Source: Schmidtea polychroa
Taxonomy: Eukaryota
Length of the DNA: 64,000 nt
Assembly (NCBI GenBank): GCA_044892525.1
Contig: CM097885.1
Span: 29,824,001-29,888,000, forward strand
Reading direction: 5' to 3'
The notes beneath the pieces were generated by a model. The model saw only the letters and a program-made list of their open reading frames with translations. It was not told where the DNA came from and did no database searches. Below, one piece after another: positions 33,458 through 46,500 of the stretch; the first letter of the stretch is position 1, and every line of letters begins with the position of its first letter. Both the position numbers and the translations under genes were made by a program.

Positions 33458-36400
33458 CACGAGTAAGAGAAAAATTTTTTAGACGACCATCTGAAATAGT
33501 CCAAAAAATTAGACTAAGTATTTTGGCTAGTGTACAAATGCTACTGCAAAAACATTTTCAAAAAATGTGGTAATGAAGAGATTTTGACAATTGGAGGAGA
33601 TGAAATTCAGATTGCAGATCTTACAAAGTCAGAAATCAGCCAAAACAAACCAGATAATCAGAATACTTCAACAATTTCTGAATTAAAGAATGAGAATCGT
33701 CAATTACGTTTGGAAATGAAAAACATGAAGAAAATGATGGAACAAATGATAAAATCAATTGAAACTTTAGAACAAATTATCAAAGACTCTGCCAAAATTT
33801 CTACAGAAAATAGAAAAACACAACCAAATTCAGATCAGATTGTGAAAATTCGAGAAAAAGAGCATTATTTAAACAAAGTGTGTGTTACACATTAATTGTA
33901 TACAAGATTGTAGATGCAGTCATTGAGGAACCAGTCCAAGATACTGTGGACCTGCCAATACCAATAGAGCCCACAGTTGTCGAAGAACCACAGATAACCA
34001 CAAACAACGAAAATATAGAAATTAGTGAAACAGATAGAGATTTGGTAGAGAAACACACAACACCTGCACCAACATCAGTCAGCAAATCAAAACAACAACC
34101 AAAAAATATCCGGTCCAAGAGCATAAAGAAAAGAAGACAAGTGGATGACACCGAATACCAAGAAAACACAAAGGATAACAAAAAAATACGTACCGGTGGA
34201 GGACCGTCAACGGCAAATACTCCACTGACCAATCTTATTATACCAAATATGAAAATCAACGATGAACTAAAAATCCAATGCAATTGCAAAAAAAATAGAT
34301 ACTCGTACTCAACAGATACCAATGCCACCAAACACTTCAAAGAGTTACATCCACAATCCGGAGATCCAATAATAGAGTGCGGAATATGCAAAGCCATCAT
34401 CACTATCAATGAAGCAATAGAACATATAGCAGTCCATAGAGAGAACAATACAAAAGAAAGGAACATACAGCAGCCCGCAATCAAACCAACAGAGGAGGAC
34501 ATCCCTACGGAGACCAGCTGACTATCACAGACAGCGATAGAATATTACATAAAATTTCTATCGCTCAGTATACCTACTCCAAACACCGTGGCCTATATCA
34601 AACCAACATGTGCCACGGACCTGATAGAGAATAATAAGGCTGGTCTCTACAGTAACATCCATTTGGATACAATCGTGGGCTCTGATAGGGTCGTATGGCT
34701 GATCCATTGGAAACTCTGTCACTGGTCAATATACCTAGCGGACAAAGAAAATAGGGAGTCGGTAATTCTTGATACTGATGACCAAATATCCGAATCAGAG
34801 AAAAGTACAATAAAGGCCAAAATGGATGAAATACTAAGGATGACTACACAGGATCAAGCCCCATTCAACAGAATATCAATTGACGAATACCCCAAACAAG
34901 ATAACGATTATGATTGTGGAGTGTTCGTTCTTCAATATATAATGGACTTCTTAGAAAATCCAGAGAGACCCTTATTCAATATGCCTGATTCAGATAAAAT
35001 AAGAACACAAATTACAACGAGCATACTAGAAGATATCAAAAAATACAAAAAATGCAACAATGAAACAAAGAATGAAGACATAGAAGACGCCATAAATCAA
35101 TTTAGACTACACCAATTATCAATAAATGACATACTTAATTGGTTCAAGAACAGATTCCTAAAAGATCAAAAGCCGAGAAGAGCATGCAGAAACGAAAATA
35201 AAAAACCCAAGCTATGCTCATACCAAATACAGAGATTATATACAATAAACTCGGGCAAAGCAATAATACAAATTCACAATGAAACATGCAAAGTTATTGA
35301 CCTAACATCAACGGCAATGGACCTGCATTTTATAAGAACAAAGCCTCCAAAGATACAAAATATGATTAATATTACGGATAAAAGACCAGAATGGGAATCA
35401 TCAAAGCCATTTACAGAGAAAGATGTATCCATTGGAATAAAAAACAGCAAAGATGCAGCACCAGGAGAGGATGGAATTCCAATAAGAGCATGGAAAGAAT
35501 GGATGCCTGAAGACCCATTAACTCCAATATTCAACAAAATAATAGAATCCAAAAACATCCCAGATTCATGGAAAACTTATGTTACAAAGTTAATTAAAAA
35601 ACTAGGCAAAAGTAACCAAGCACACAATCCGGCAAATTGGAGACCAATAGCATTAATGCCCACAAGTTATAGAATTTTTATGAAAATCCTTAACAAAAGA
35701 ATTCTCCAATGGATCCACGAACACAGGTTAATTTCGAAATGGCAAAAGGCAGTGAATATATCCAATGGGTGTGATGAACATAATTACATCATCACTGTTC
35801 AAAAAGAAAAGCCCAACAGAAAAAGATACAAAGGATGTGAATGCCACCTAGTGTTCTTGGATCTTGCGGATGCCTTCGGCAGCATTCCACACGAAGTGAT
35901 CTGGCATACTTTAGAACAGAAAGGCCTAAATAAAAACACCATAAGCCTATTGCAAGAATGCTATAAAGACTGTCACACTATATATCAAAGTGGTGACACC
36001 AGATCAAGCCAAATCAAACAAGTAAAAGGTGTTAGACAAGGATGCCCACTATCAATGACCATCTTCAGCCTCTGTATTGAATATCTAATACAAGCTGCAA
36101 TAAATAGTGGGAAAGGAGTCGAGATCGCTGGAGAGAAAATAAGCATTTTAGCATATGCGGACGATCTCGTTCTTATGGCACCACAACACTATCAAATCCA
36201 AGAAATGCTCAACATAATAGTGGAACAAGCAAAGATGGCTCACCTTATATTTAAACCCGAAAAGTGTGGTTACTACCTAAATAAAAAAGATGCTATTGGA
36301 TGGGAAAACAACATCTTTCTCGACGGAACAAAGATCAAACATATAAATGAGGAAAATCTTTACACTTACCTTGGTGTCACAGTTGGTAGCACAAAGAAAA

Positions 36401-37081
36401 ACGATCTAAATCAAATTTTCAAAGAAGTTGAAGACAAAGCAATCAGCATTTTCAGATCTTCGTTGAGGGCTCACCAGAAAATCGAGGCATATAACATCTT
36501 TTGCCATTCAAAATTCATATTCATCTTGCAAGCCGAAGAAATAGCTAAAAGCGAAGCTGGAAAATTTGATGACAAAATTAGAATGCTAATAAAGGATAAA
36601 GAGGTGCTTGACCTACAACATAAAAGCCCTCTAATGGACGCAATTTTTTACTCCCCGACCGAAAAAGGAGGCATTGGTATTACAAAGATAGTAGACGAAC
36701 AGATCATACAAACAATTTCTCGTTTCCTAAAGTTGATAAACAGCAGTCATTCGGCAATAGTAAACATATTAACGGAAGAATTAATAGATGTAGCCGAAAC
36801 AAGAACCGATTCCCCCATCAACTCATTGTCAGATTCGTTAAAATGGTTAGATGAAACATATGCCCATAAAAGAACAAATTCGGCAAAAAAATCATGGTTA
36901 GATAGAGTAAAGAATGCAATAACTCAATTATACAACGATCATGATATCAAATTGACTTTCCTATCACGAAATATTGGCACTGGATGTAACATCAAATCCT
37001 ACAATCAAGAAAAACCTGAGGAAGTCTTTCCTCCATTCTTAGACGAAGCCTCAAAAAAGCTACACAAAATGATCAGAGAAG
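33453..37081 (+). mobile_element. NeSL/R5-like non-LTR retrotransposon, 3'-truncated (no RLE endonuclease)
   Basis: Coiled-coil ORF1 piece, C2H2 fingers, Ulp1 protease and RT in that order. Confidence 0.9.
33880..34521 (+). CDS. Retrotransposon ORF1 C-terminal part with two C2H2-like zinc fingers
   Basis: CNC...HFKELH and CGIC...HIAVH; in frame with the downstream ORF across a single TGA. Confidence 0.75.
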   Translation: MCYTLIVYKIVDAVIEEPVQDTVDLPIPIEPTVVEEPQITTNNENIEISETDRDLVEKHTTPAPTSVSKSKQQPKNIRSKSIKKRRQVDDTEYQENTKDNKKIRTGGGPSTANTPLTNLIIPNMKINDELKIQCNCKKNRYSYSTDTNATKHFKELHPQSGDPIIECGICKAIITINEAIEHIAVHRENNTKERNIQQPAIKPTEEDIPTETS

Positions 37082-37125
37082 GCCTATATCAAACCAACAT
37101 GTGCCACGGACCTGATAGAGAATAA
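34522..37125 (+). CDS. Ulp1-like (C48) cysteine protease plus non-LTR reverse transcriptase, truncated at ~37081
   Basis: HW..D..Q...DCG protease triad; RT motifs WRPIAL, FLDLADAFGSIPH, GVRQGCPLS, YADD and YLGV. Confidence 0.93.
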   Translation, partial: LSQTAIEYYIKFLSLSIPTPNTVAYIKPTCATDLIENNKAGLYSNIHLDTIVGSDRVVWLIHWKLCHWSIYLADKENRESVILDTDDQISESEKSTIKAKMDEILRMTTQDQAPFNRISIDEYPKQDNDYDCGVFVLQYIMDFLENPERPLFNMPDSDKIRTQITTSILEDIKKYKKCNNETKNEDIEDAINQFRLHQLSINDILNWFKNRFLKDQKPRRACRNENKKPKLCSYQIQRLYTINSGKAIIQIHNETCKVIDLTSTAMDLHFIRTKPPKIQNMINITDKRPEWESSKPFTEKDVSIGIKNSKDAAPGEDGIPIRAWKEWMPEDPLTPIFNKIIESKNIPDSWKTYVTKLIKKLGKSNQAHNPANWRPIALMPTSYRIFMKILNKRILQWIHEHRLISKWQKAVNISNGCDEHNYIITVQKEKPNRKRYKGCECHLVFLDLADAFGSIPHEVIWHTLEQKGLNKNTISLLQECYKDCHTIYQSGDTRSSQIKQVKGVRQGCPLSMTIFSLCIEYLIQAAINSGKGVEIAGEKISILAYADDLVLMAPQHYQIQEMLNIIVEQAKMAHLIFKPEKCGYYLNKKDAIGWENNIFLDGTKIKHINEENLYTYLGVTVGSTKKNDLNQIFKEVEDKAISIFRSSLRAHQKIEAYNIFCHSKFIFILQAEEIAKSEAGKFDDKIRMLIKDKEVLDLQHKSPLMDAIFYSPTEKGGIGITKIVDEQIIQTISRFLKLINSSHSAIVNILTEELIDVAETRTDSPINSLSDSLKWLDETYAHKRTNSAKKSWLDRVKNAITQLYNDHDIKLTFLSRNIGTGCNIKSYNQEKPEEVFPPFLDEASKKLHKMIREGLYQTNMCHGPDRE

Positions 37126-39292
37126 TAAGGCTGGTCTCTACAGAAACATCCATTTGGATACAATCGTGGGCTCTGATAGGGTCGTATGGCTGATCCATTG
37201 GAAACTCTGTCACTGGTCAATATACCTAGCGGACAAAGAAAATAGGGAGTCGGTAATTCTTGATCCTGATGACCAAATATCCGAATCAGAGAAAAGTACA
37301 ATAAAGGCCAAAATGGATGAAATACTAAGGATGACTACACAGGATCAAGCCCCATTCAACAGAATATCAATTGACGAATACCCCAAACAAGATAACGATT
37401 AAGAAGTTTTTGCAAATGAGTAGTCAAACAAAAATTTGGAAGAAATGAAAGCTTGGGCCGCCACAACCAGTTATCCCTGTGGTAAACACACAAATTCAAC
37501 AATCGAAGAGGATGAAAACATCGCAAAGGAATCAGAAATACAGAAAATTCACGAAAAAACCAATAAATTAGAGTCTGGAATACTGATGATGATGAAATGG
37601 ATACAAACTCTAACCAATGAAATAAAAACTCTATCGGAAAAATTGGACAAATCGCAAAATGGGAATGAATCAGACGGAGGAATTCAAAGGAAAAGCTATG
37701 CCAAAATTGCCAAAAAATCAAATACAAATTTAAATCTCAAAGAAAATAACAAAAATTTAAATTTTACGAATTATAAAAATTCAGAAAATCCAGAAAATCC
37801 AGATAATAATTTAACTTTCAAAGAAAATAATGAAAATTTAAATTCTACGAATTATAAAAATCCAGAAAACCCAGAAAATTCTGATAATAATTTAATTTTC
37901 AAAGAAAATAATGAAAATTTAAATTCTACGAATTATAAAAATTCAGAAAATCCAGAAAATTTAAAAGATTTTAAAAATTTAAAAAATGGAAAATCAATTA
38001 AAAATTTTAAAACTCAGTATACCTACTCCAAACACCGTGGCCTATATCAAACCAACATGCGCCACGGACTTAATAGAAAATAATAAGGCTGGTCTCTACA
38101 GAAACATCCATATGGATACAATCGTGGGCTCTGATAGGGTCGTATGGCTGATCCATTGGAATCTCTGTCACTGGTCAATATACCTAGCGGATAAAGAAAA
38201 TAGGGAGTCGGTAATCCTTGATCCTGATGACCAAATATCCGAATCAGAAAAAAACACAATAAAAGCCAAAATGGACGAAATTCTAAGAATGACCACACAA
38301 GAATACCAATTGACGAATACCCCAAACTATGACTGTGGGGTGTTCGTACTCCAATATATATCCGACTTCCTATCCAGTGACAGAGGGATCAGATTTACGA
38401 CCCCAAACTCAATGGAAATCAGAGAGCAAATTAAAAATATCTTAATGGAAAATATAGACAAATATGATAGCCTAGCCTCAATCAAGAAAAATGAGGCTAT
38501 TGAGGCTATCATAACCAGCTTCCGCCTACACAAGACAAACATCGACCAATTCCTCAAATGGTTCACTGATTTATTCAATAAAGATCGAAAGCCACAAAGG
38601 AATCATAGAGATAAAACATATACAATTACCAAATGCTCCTACCAGATACAGAGAATATTCACAGTGGCACCTGGTAGGGCTATCAAAGAGATAGACAGAA
38701 TCCTGGAACCGGCTACCGATTTAACATCAGCGGTGATAGACACATACTTCGAAAGACCCACTCCTCCAAAAATGAGAGAAAAACCAGCACCCATTAAAAG
38801 TGCTCCGGAGTGGGAAACAAATAAACCAATAACCAGGGCAGACATCGATGAAGCAATAATAAACAGCAAAGATGCTGCACCTGGTATGGACCAAATCCCA
38901 CTTCGACAATGGAGGGAGTGGATGGCATTTGATGCGCTAACACCAATCTTCAACAAAATCCTGGAGACGCATCAAATTCCCGAAGTATGGAGAAAATATT
39001 TATTTGAATTAAAGAATGAGAATCGTCAATTAAGTTTGGAAATGAAAAACATGAAGAAAATGATGGAACAAAAGATAAAATCAATTGAAACTTTAGAACA
39101 AATTATCAAAGACTCTGCCAAAATTTCTACAGAAAATAGAAAAACACAACCAAATTCAGATGAGATTGTGAAAATTCGAGAAAAAGAGCATTATTTAAAC
39201 AAAGTGTGTGTTACACATTAATTGTATACAAGATTGTTATCACAAGATTGCTTGTTTTTATTAATAAATTTTTGACTCTGACACCTCATGCT
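37081..39292 (+). mobile_element. Mosaic retrotransposon remnant (duplicate of 34590-34910, then the same chimera as 6500-8390)
   Basis: Direct sequence identity; includes the chimeric 411-aa ORF 37986-39221. Confidence 0.82.
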
Positions 39293-40540
39293 GGTGTTCC
39301 TCATCCGGGAAAAGTTTGCTGACTTATCTAAGATTTTTTAATTTTTAATTGAGCTTAATTCTGAATTTATTTCTTTTTGTAATTTTTCTATTGGTTTAAA
39401 AATATTTTAAATTGATTTTAAATTTTTTAAATGATTTTTATTATTACTTTTAAAATTTCTTGGATTAATTTTATTATTTTTTGTATTTTTAATATTTAAA
39501 TTTAAATCATGGGTATTTCCTTGAAAGTTTTTAAATTTTCTTGGATATTTATTTGAAAATTTAATTTCATGTTTAAATTTTTATTGTTTTCTTGAAATAT
39601 TTTATTATTCTTTGAAATTAATTTTTCTTGTATTTTCTTGTATATATAATAAAATTCATGTTTTTATCCAAATTTAACATTATTTCCAAGCTTTTTTCTT
39701 GATAAATAAATTTGTCTTGGATATTTTCTTGAAGATTTGACATATTGTGTATCACTTTTATTATTTCCATCTGTAATTTTCAAATTGAAGTTTTGTTTTT
39801 AGTATTTTTTATCTGGGAAAGGTTTAAAAAAATATCGAAAATATTAAAACAATACCATTTAATATTTATAATTTTATTGAAAATTTAGATCAAGATGATA
39901 TTAAAAAAACTAGAATGTAAAAATTATATTTATAGAAAATTTATCTAAAAATTTATATAAGAATTTTGATAAAAAATAAATGATTAAACTACAAATGCTT
40001 AAAAATTATATATAACATTAAAAATATATCTAAACATTTAAACTTTAAAGAAATATATATTAAAATATAATTTTAAAGATAAAAAATCTTTAAATTTAAA
40101 AGAAATATGTTACCAAAGAATATGGAACTATCAACAGAAAATAATAAAAACTCTGAATGATAATTGAATAATAATTTTTAAAATGTTACTTATTCAATTA
40201 AAAACAAAAAACGAATCCAGATAATATTCAGGAAAGCAATAACAATGCCAAAAAACCAAGATCCAATAATGAAAAACGCAGCAACTCTGCCCAAAAAAAT
40301 GAAATCAAAAATTCAGAGACTCCCATAAAACCATTAAACTTTGACAATAATGTCAAATCTAATGATATAAATATATTTCTATTCCATGAAAATACCAGAT
40401 TATCAAAAACATATATAGAAATAGAATATTATAAGAAGAAATTTGTAAAAATCTGTCAAAAATGATAAAAAATAGTGAATGTTATAAAAACGATAAATTT
40501 GTCGTTTAAATTATCGTTTTTATTGCAGTTTTAATTTTTA

Positions 40541-43500
40541 ATGTTTTGAGTATGATTTAATTATTTCAAGATTCATTAATAATAAAAATCAAGATTAAAT
40601 TAATTTTTGAAATATTAAATTTATCACAGAAAATATCTCAAAGTTAGAGGTCTTTTATTAGAAATAAAATATAAAAATATCTATTGAATAAAATAAGCAT
40701 TTTTAGAAATAAAAATGTAAACAATTTTAAAAATTCAATATTTATTTGAAATTTGGAAGTTCAAATATTAAATTAAAAAAAATCTTTTTTGGCAGAATAG
40801 GTTTATTTAATTATAGTTGAATTATTTGTATTTTTTTAAAGTTAAAAATGTAAGTGTGTAAAATATTATTGATATAAATAAAAAAAATATCATAAGAAAA
40901 TTTAAATGATAAAAATTAATTTATTATTAAAAATAATTGAAAATATACAAAAAACAAATCAAATTTAAAAATATCAATAAAAATATTTAGAAATAAAAGT
41001 TAAAACAATTTTTAAAATTTAATATTTTTTTTTAAAAATGGAAGGTCAAATATCGAATTTAAAAATATTTTAATCCAAATTTAAAAGAAACATTTAATTA
41101 TAATAATAATATTGAAATTTTAGATCAAGTTGATATTAAAAAATTAGAATGTTACAATTATATTTATGAAAAATATATCTAAAATATCAAACTTTAAAGA
41201 AAATTATATCAGAATATGATTTTAAAGATAAAAAATATATTAAAAGTTCAAAAATATTTTTACAAAAAATATTGAAGTACCAACAGATTTATAATAACTC
41301 TAACAGTTATATAAATAGTTTTTTTAAATTTAACTAATTCAATGAAAAAGAATTTTAAAACAATGAAAAATTCGAAATTCAGAACAATTCAGAACCTCGT
41401 CCAAATGAAATTGGAAAAAGCCCTAAATAACTTTCCACCAGCATCCAAGATGAAAAACAACGATAACTAAATGCCAATTAATAGTAAAATAAATAATTTA
41501 CAGTTTAATCAATAACTTATATATAATTAAAAATTAAAAAAATTAAATCATTAAATTATATTATATTTCTCATTATTCTTGAATGAAGAGTTTGAACTTT
41601 TTGAATTCTATGATTGTTGAGTTCTCAATTTCAAAATTAGAGTATATGGGTCTTTTATTAGAAAGTTAATTTATTATTAAAAATAATTTAAAATATACAA
41701 AAAACAAATAAAATATAAAAATATCTATTGAAGAAGATATGAAAATATTTGGAAATAAAAATATATACAATTTTCAAAAATTTATTATTTATTTAAAAAG
41801 TTCAAATATTGAATAGAAAAATATTTTATTCAAAATTCTAAAAAAATATCGAAAATATTAAAAAACCATTTAATTTTTATATAATTATTGAAAATTTAGA
41901 TCAAGTTGATATTTAAAAAATTAGAATGTAAAAATTATATTTATAGAAAATATATCTAAAAAGAATTTTAAATCAATGAAAAATCAAAATTCAGAACAAT
42001 TCAGAACCTCGTCCAAATAAAATTGGAAAAACCCCTTATAACCTTCCACCAGTATCCAAGATAAAGTACAACAAAAACGAAATGCCAAATTATAGTAAAA
42101 TAATCAATTAACAGTTTAATATATATATATATATATATATTTCATTTCTTATTCCTTGTGATCTCCAATGCTTCGAATTGAAACAGTTTTTCTCGTATGT
42201 CTTGTGATGACATTTAGATAAAAACTTTCGTTTCTTGGAATCTGGATGTTAGTGGGCTGATAATATCTGGTTGGTAATTGGTTGTTATTATCTAGTTATT
42301 ATCTAGTTATATTCGATAACTAACAGCTTCTACAAAATCCAAAGAATCTACTAGGTCATCCTGGAAGACTAATCCGAGAAATTGATAACGTGTTTAGTCT
42401 TTTATCAAAAGGTGAATGCATTTAAAATTAGGACAGGATATGTTATCAGATTACACAAAAATCCATCATAATTTAATATCAAATAAAATAAGTAGATTAT
42501 TTAACAAAATTAAATTATTTTTAGATAAAGAAATACCAATCGAAACAAGAAGAAAATATGTCGTTTGTATTATGTTTTGAGTATGATTTAATTATTGGAG
42601 ATTCAATAATAATAAAAATTAAGATTGAATTAATTGTTGAAATATTAAATTTATCACAGAAAATATCTCGATGTTAGAGGATATGGGTCTTTTATTAGAA
42701 AGTTAATTTATTAATAAAAATAATTTAAAATATACAAAAAACAAATAAAATATAAAAATATCTATTGCCTAAGATAAATATCTCAAAATTAGAGTATATG
42801 GGTCTTTTATTAGAAAGTTAATTTATTATTAAAAATAATTTAAAATATACAAAAATTAAATAAAATATAAAAATATCTTTTGGCTAAGATAAACATTTTT
42901 AGAAATTAAAATGTAAACAATAATTATTTAAAATTGAAAGTTCAAATATTGAATTAAAAAAAATTTTTTTGGCAGAATGGGTTTATTTAATTATAGTTGA
43001 ATTATTTGTATTTTTTTAAAGTTAAAAATGAAAGTGTGTATGTAAGTCATAAATATCATAAGAAAATTTAAATGATAAAAATTAATTTATTATTAAAAAT
43101 AATTGAAAATATACAAAAAACAAATCAAATTTAAAAATATCAATAAAAATATTTAGAAATAAAAGTTAAAACAATTTTTAAAATTTAATATTTTTTTTTA
43201 AAAATGGAAGGTCAAATATCGAATTTAAAAATATTTTAATCCAAATTTAAAAAAAACATTTAATTATAATAATAATATTGAAATTTTAGATCAAGATGAT
43301 AATAAACAATTAGAATGTTACAATTATATTTATGAAAAATATATATAAAATATCAAACTTTAAAGAAAATTATATCAGAATATGATTTTAAAGATAAAAA
43401 ATATATTAAAATTTCAAATATATTTTAACAAAAAATATTGAAGTACCAACAGATTTATAATAACTCTAACAGTTATATAAATACATTTTTTTAGTTTAAC

Positions 43501-46500
43501 TAATTCAATGAAAAAGAATTTTAAAACAATGAAAAATTCGAAATTCAGAACAATTCAGAACCTCGTCCAAATGAAATTGGAAAAAGCCCTAAATAACTTT
43601 CCACCAGCATCCAAGATGAAAAACAACGATAACTAAATGCCAATTAATAGTAAAATAAATAATTTACAGTTTAATCAATAACTTATATATAATTAAAAAT
43701 TAAAAAAATTAAATCATTAAATTATATTATATTTCTCATTATTCTTGAATGAAGAGTTTGAACTTTTTGAATTCTATGATTGTTGAGTTCTCAATTTCAA
43801 AATTAGAGTATATGGGTCTTTTTTTAGAAAGTTAATTTATTATTAAAAATAATTTAAAATATACAAAAAACAAATAAAATATAAAAATATCTATTGAAGA
43901 AGATATGAAAATATTTGGAAATAAAAATATATACAATTTTCAAAAATTTATTATTTATTTAAAAAGTTCAAATATTGAATAGAAAAATATTTTATTCAAA
44001 ATTCTAAAAAAATATCGAAAATATTAAAAAACCATTTAATTTTTATATAATTATTGAAAATTTAGATCAAGTTGATATTTAAAAAATTAGAATGTAAAAA
44101 TTATATTTATAGAAAATATATCTAAAAAGAATTTTAAATCAATGAAAAATCAAAATTCAGAACAATTCAGAACCTCGTCCAAATAAAATTGGAAAAACCC
44201 CTTATAACCTTCCACCAGTATCCAAGATAAAGTACAACAAAAACGAAATGCCAAATTATAGTAAAATAATCAATTAACAGTTTAATATATATATATATAT
44301 ATATATTTCATTTCATATTCCTTGTGATCTCCAATGCTTCGAATTGAAACAGTTTTTCTCGTATGTCTTGTGATGACATTTAGATAAAAACTTTCGTTTC
44401 TTGGAATCTGGATGTTAGTGGGCTGATAATATCTGGTTGGTAATTGGTTGTTATTATCTAGTTATTATCTAGTTATATTCGATAACTAACAGCTTCTACA
44501 AAATCCAAAGAATCTACTAGGTCATCCTGGAAGACTAATCCGAGAAATTGATAACGTGTTTAGTCTTTTATCAAAAGGTGAATGCATTTAAAATTAGGAC
44601 AGGATATGTTATCAGATTACACAAAAATCCATCATAATTTAATATCAAATAAAATAAGTAGATTATTTAACAAAATTAAATTATTTTTAGATAAAGAAAT
44701 ACCAATCGAAACAAGAAGAAAATATGTCGTTTGTATTATGTTTTGAGTATGATTTAATTATTGGAGATTCAATAATAATAAAAATTAAGATTGAATTAAT
44801 TGTTGAAATATTAAATTTATCACAGAAAATATCTCGATGTTAGAGGATATGGGTCTTTTATTAGAAAGTTAATTTATTAATAAAAATAATTTAAAATATA
44901 CAAAAAACAAATAAAATATAAAAATATCTATTGCCTAAGATAAATATCTCAAAATTAGAGTATATGGGTCTTTTATTAGAAAGTTAATTTATTATTAAAA
45001 ATAATTTAAAATATACAAAAATTAAATAAAATATAAAAATATCTTTTGGCTAAGATAAACATTTTTAGAAATTAAAATGTAAACAATAATTATTTAAAAT
45101 TGAAAGTTCAAATATTGAATTAAAAAAAATTTTTTTGGCAGAATGGGTTTATTTAATTATAGTTGAATTATTTGTATTTTTTTAAAGTTAAAAATGAAAG
45201 TGTGTATGTAAGTCATAAATATCATAAGAAAATTTAAATGATAAAAATTAATTTATTATTAAAAATAATTGAAAATATACAAAAAACAAATCAAATTTAA
45301 AAATATCAATAAAAATATTTAGAAATAAAAGTTAAAACAATTTTTAAAATTTAATATTTTTTTTTAAAAATGGAAGGTCAAATATCGAATTTAAAAATAT
45401 TTTAATCCAAATTTAAAAAAAACATTTAATTATAATAATAATATTGAAATTTTAGATCAAGATGATAATAAACAATTAGAATGTTACAATTATATTTATG
45501 AAAAATATATATAAAATATCAAACTTTAAAGAAAATTATATCAGAATATGATTTTAAAGATAAAAAATATATTAAAATTTCAAATATATTTTAACAAAAA
45601 ATATTGAAGTACCAACAGATTTATAATAACTCTAACAGTTATATAAATACATTTTTTTAGTTTAACTAATTCAATGAAAAAGAATTTTAAAACAATGAAA
45701 AATTCGAAATTCAGAACAATTCAGAACCTCGTCCAAATGAAATTGGAAAAAGCCCTAAATAACTTTCCACCAGCATCCAAGATGAAAAACAACGATAACT
45801 AAATGCCAATTAATAGTAAAATAAATAATTTACAGTTTAATCAATAACTTATATATAATTAAAAATTAAAAAAATTAAATCATTAAATTATATTATATTT
45901 CTCATTATTCTTGAGTATATGGGTTAGAGTATATGGGTTAGAGTATATGGGTCTTTTATTAGAAAGGTAATTTATTATTAAAAATAATTTAAAATATACA
46001 AAAAACAAATAAAATATAAAAATATCTATTGAAGAAGATATGAAAATATTTGGAAATAAAAATATATACAATTTTCAAAAATTTATTATTTATTTAAAAA
46101 GTTCAAATATTGAATAGAAAAATATTTTATTCAAAATTCTAAAAAAATATCGAAAATATTAAAAAACCATTTAATTTTTATATAATTATTGAAAATTTAG
46201 ATCAAGTTGATATTTAAAAAATTAGAATGTAAAAATTATATTTATAGAAAATATATCTAAAAAGAATTTTAAATCAATGAAAAATCAAAATTCAGAACAA
46301 TTCAGAACCTCGTCCAAATAAAATTGGAAAAACCCCTTATAACCTTCCACCAGTATCCAAGATAAAGTACAACAAAAACGAAATGCCAAATTATAGTAAA
46401 ATAATCAATTAACAGTTTAATATATATATATATATATATATTTCATTTCATATTCCTTGTGATCTCCAATGCTTCGAATTGAAACAGTTTTTCTCGTATG

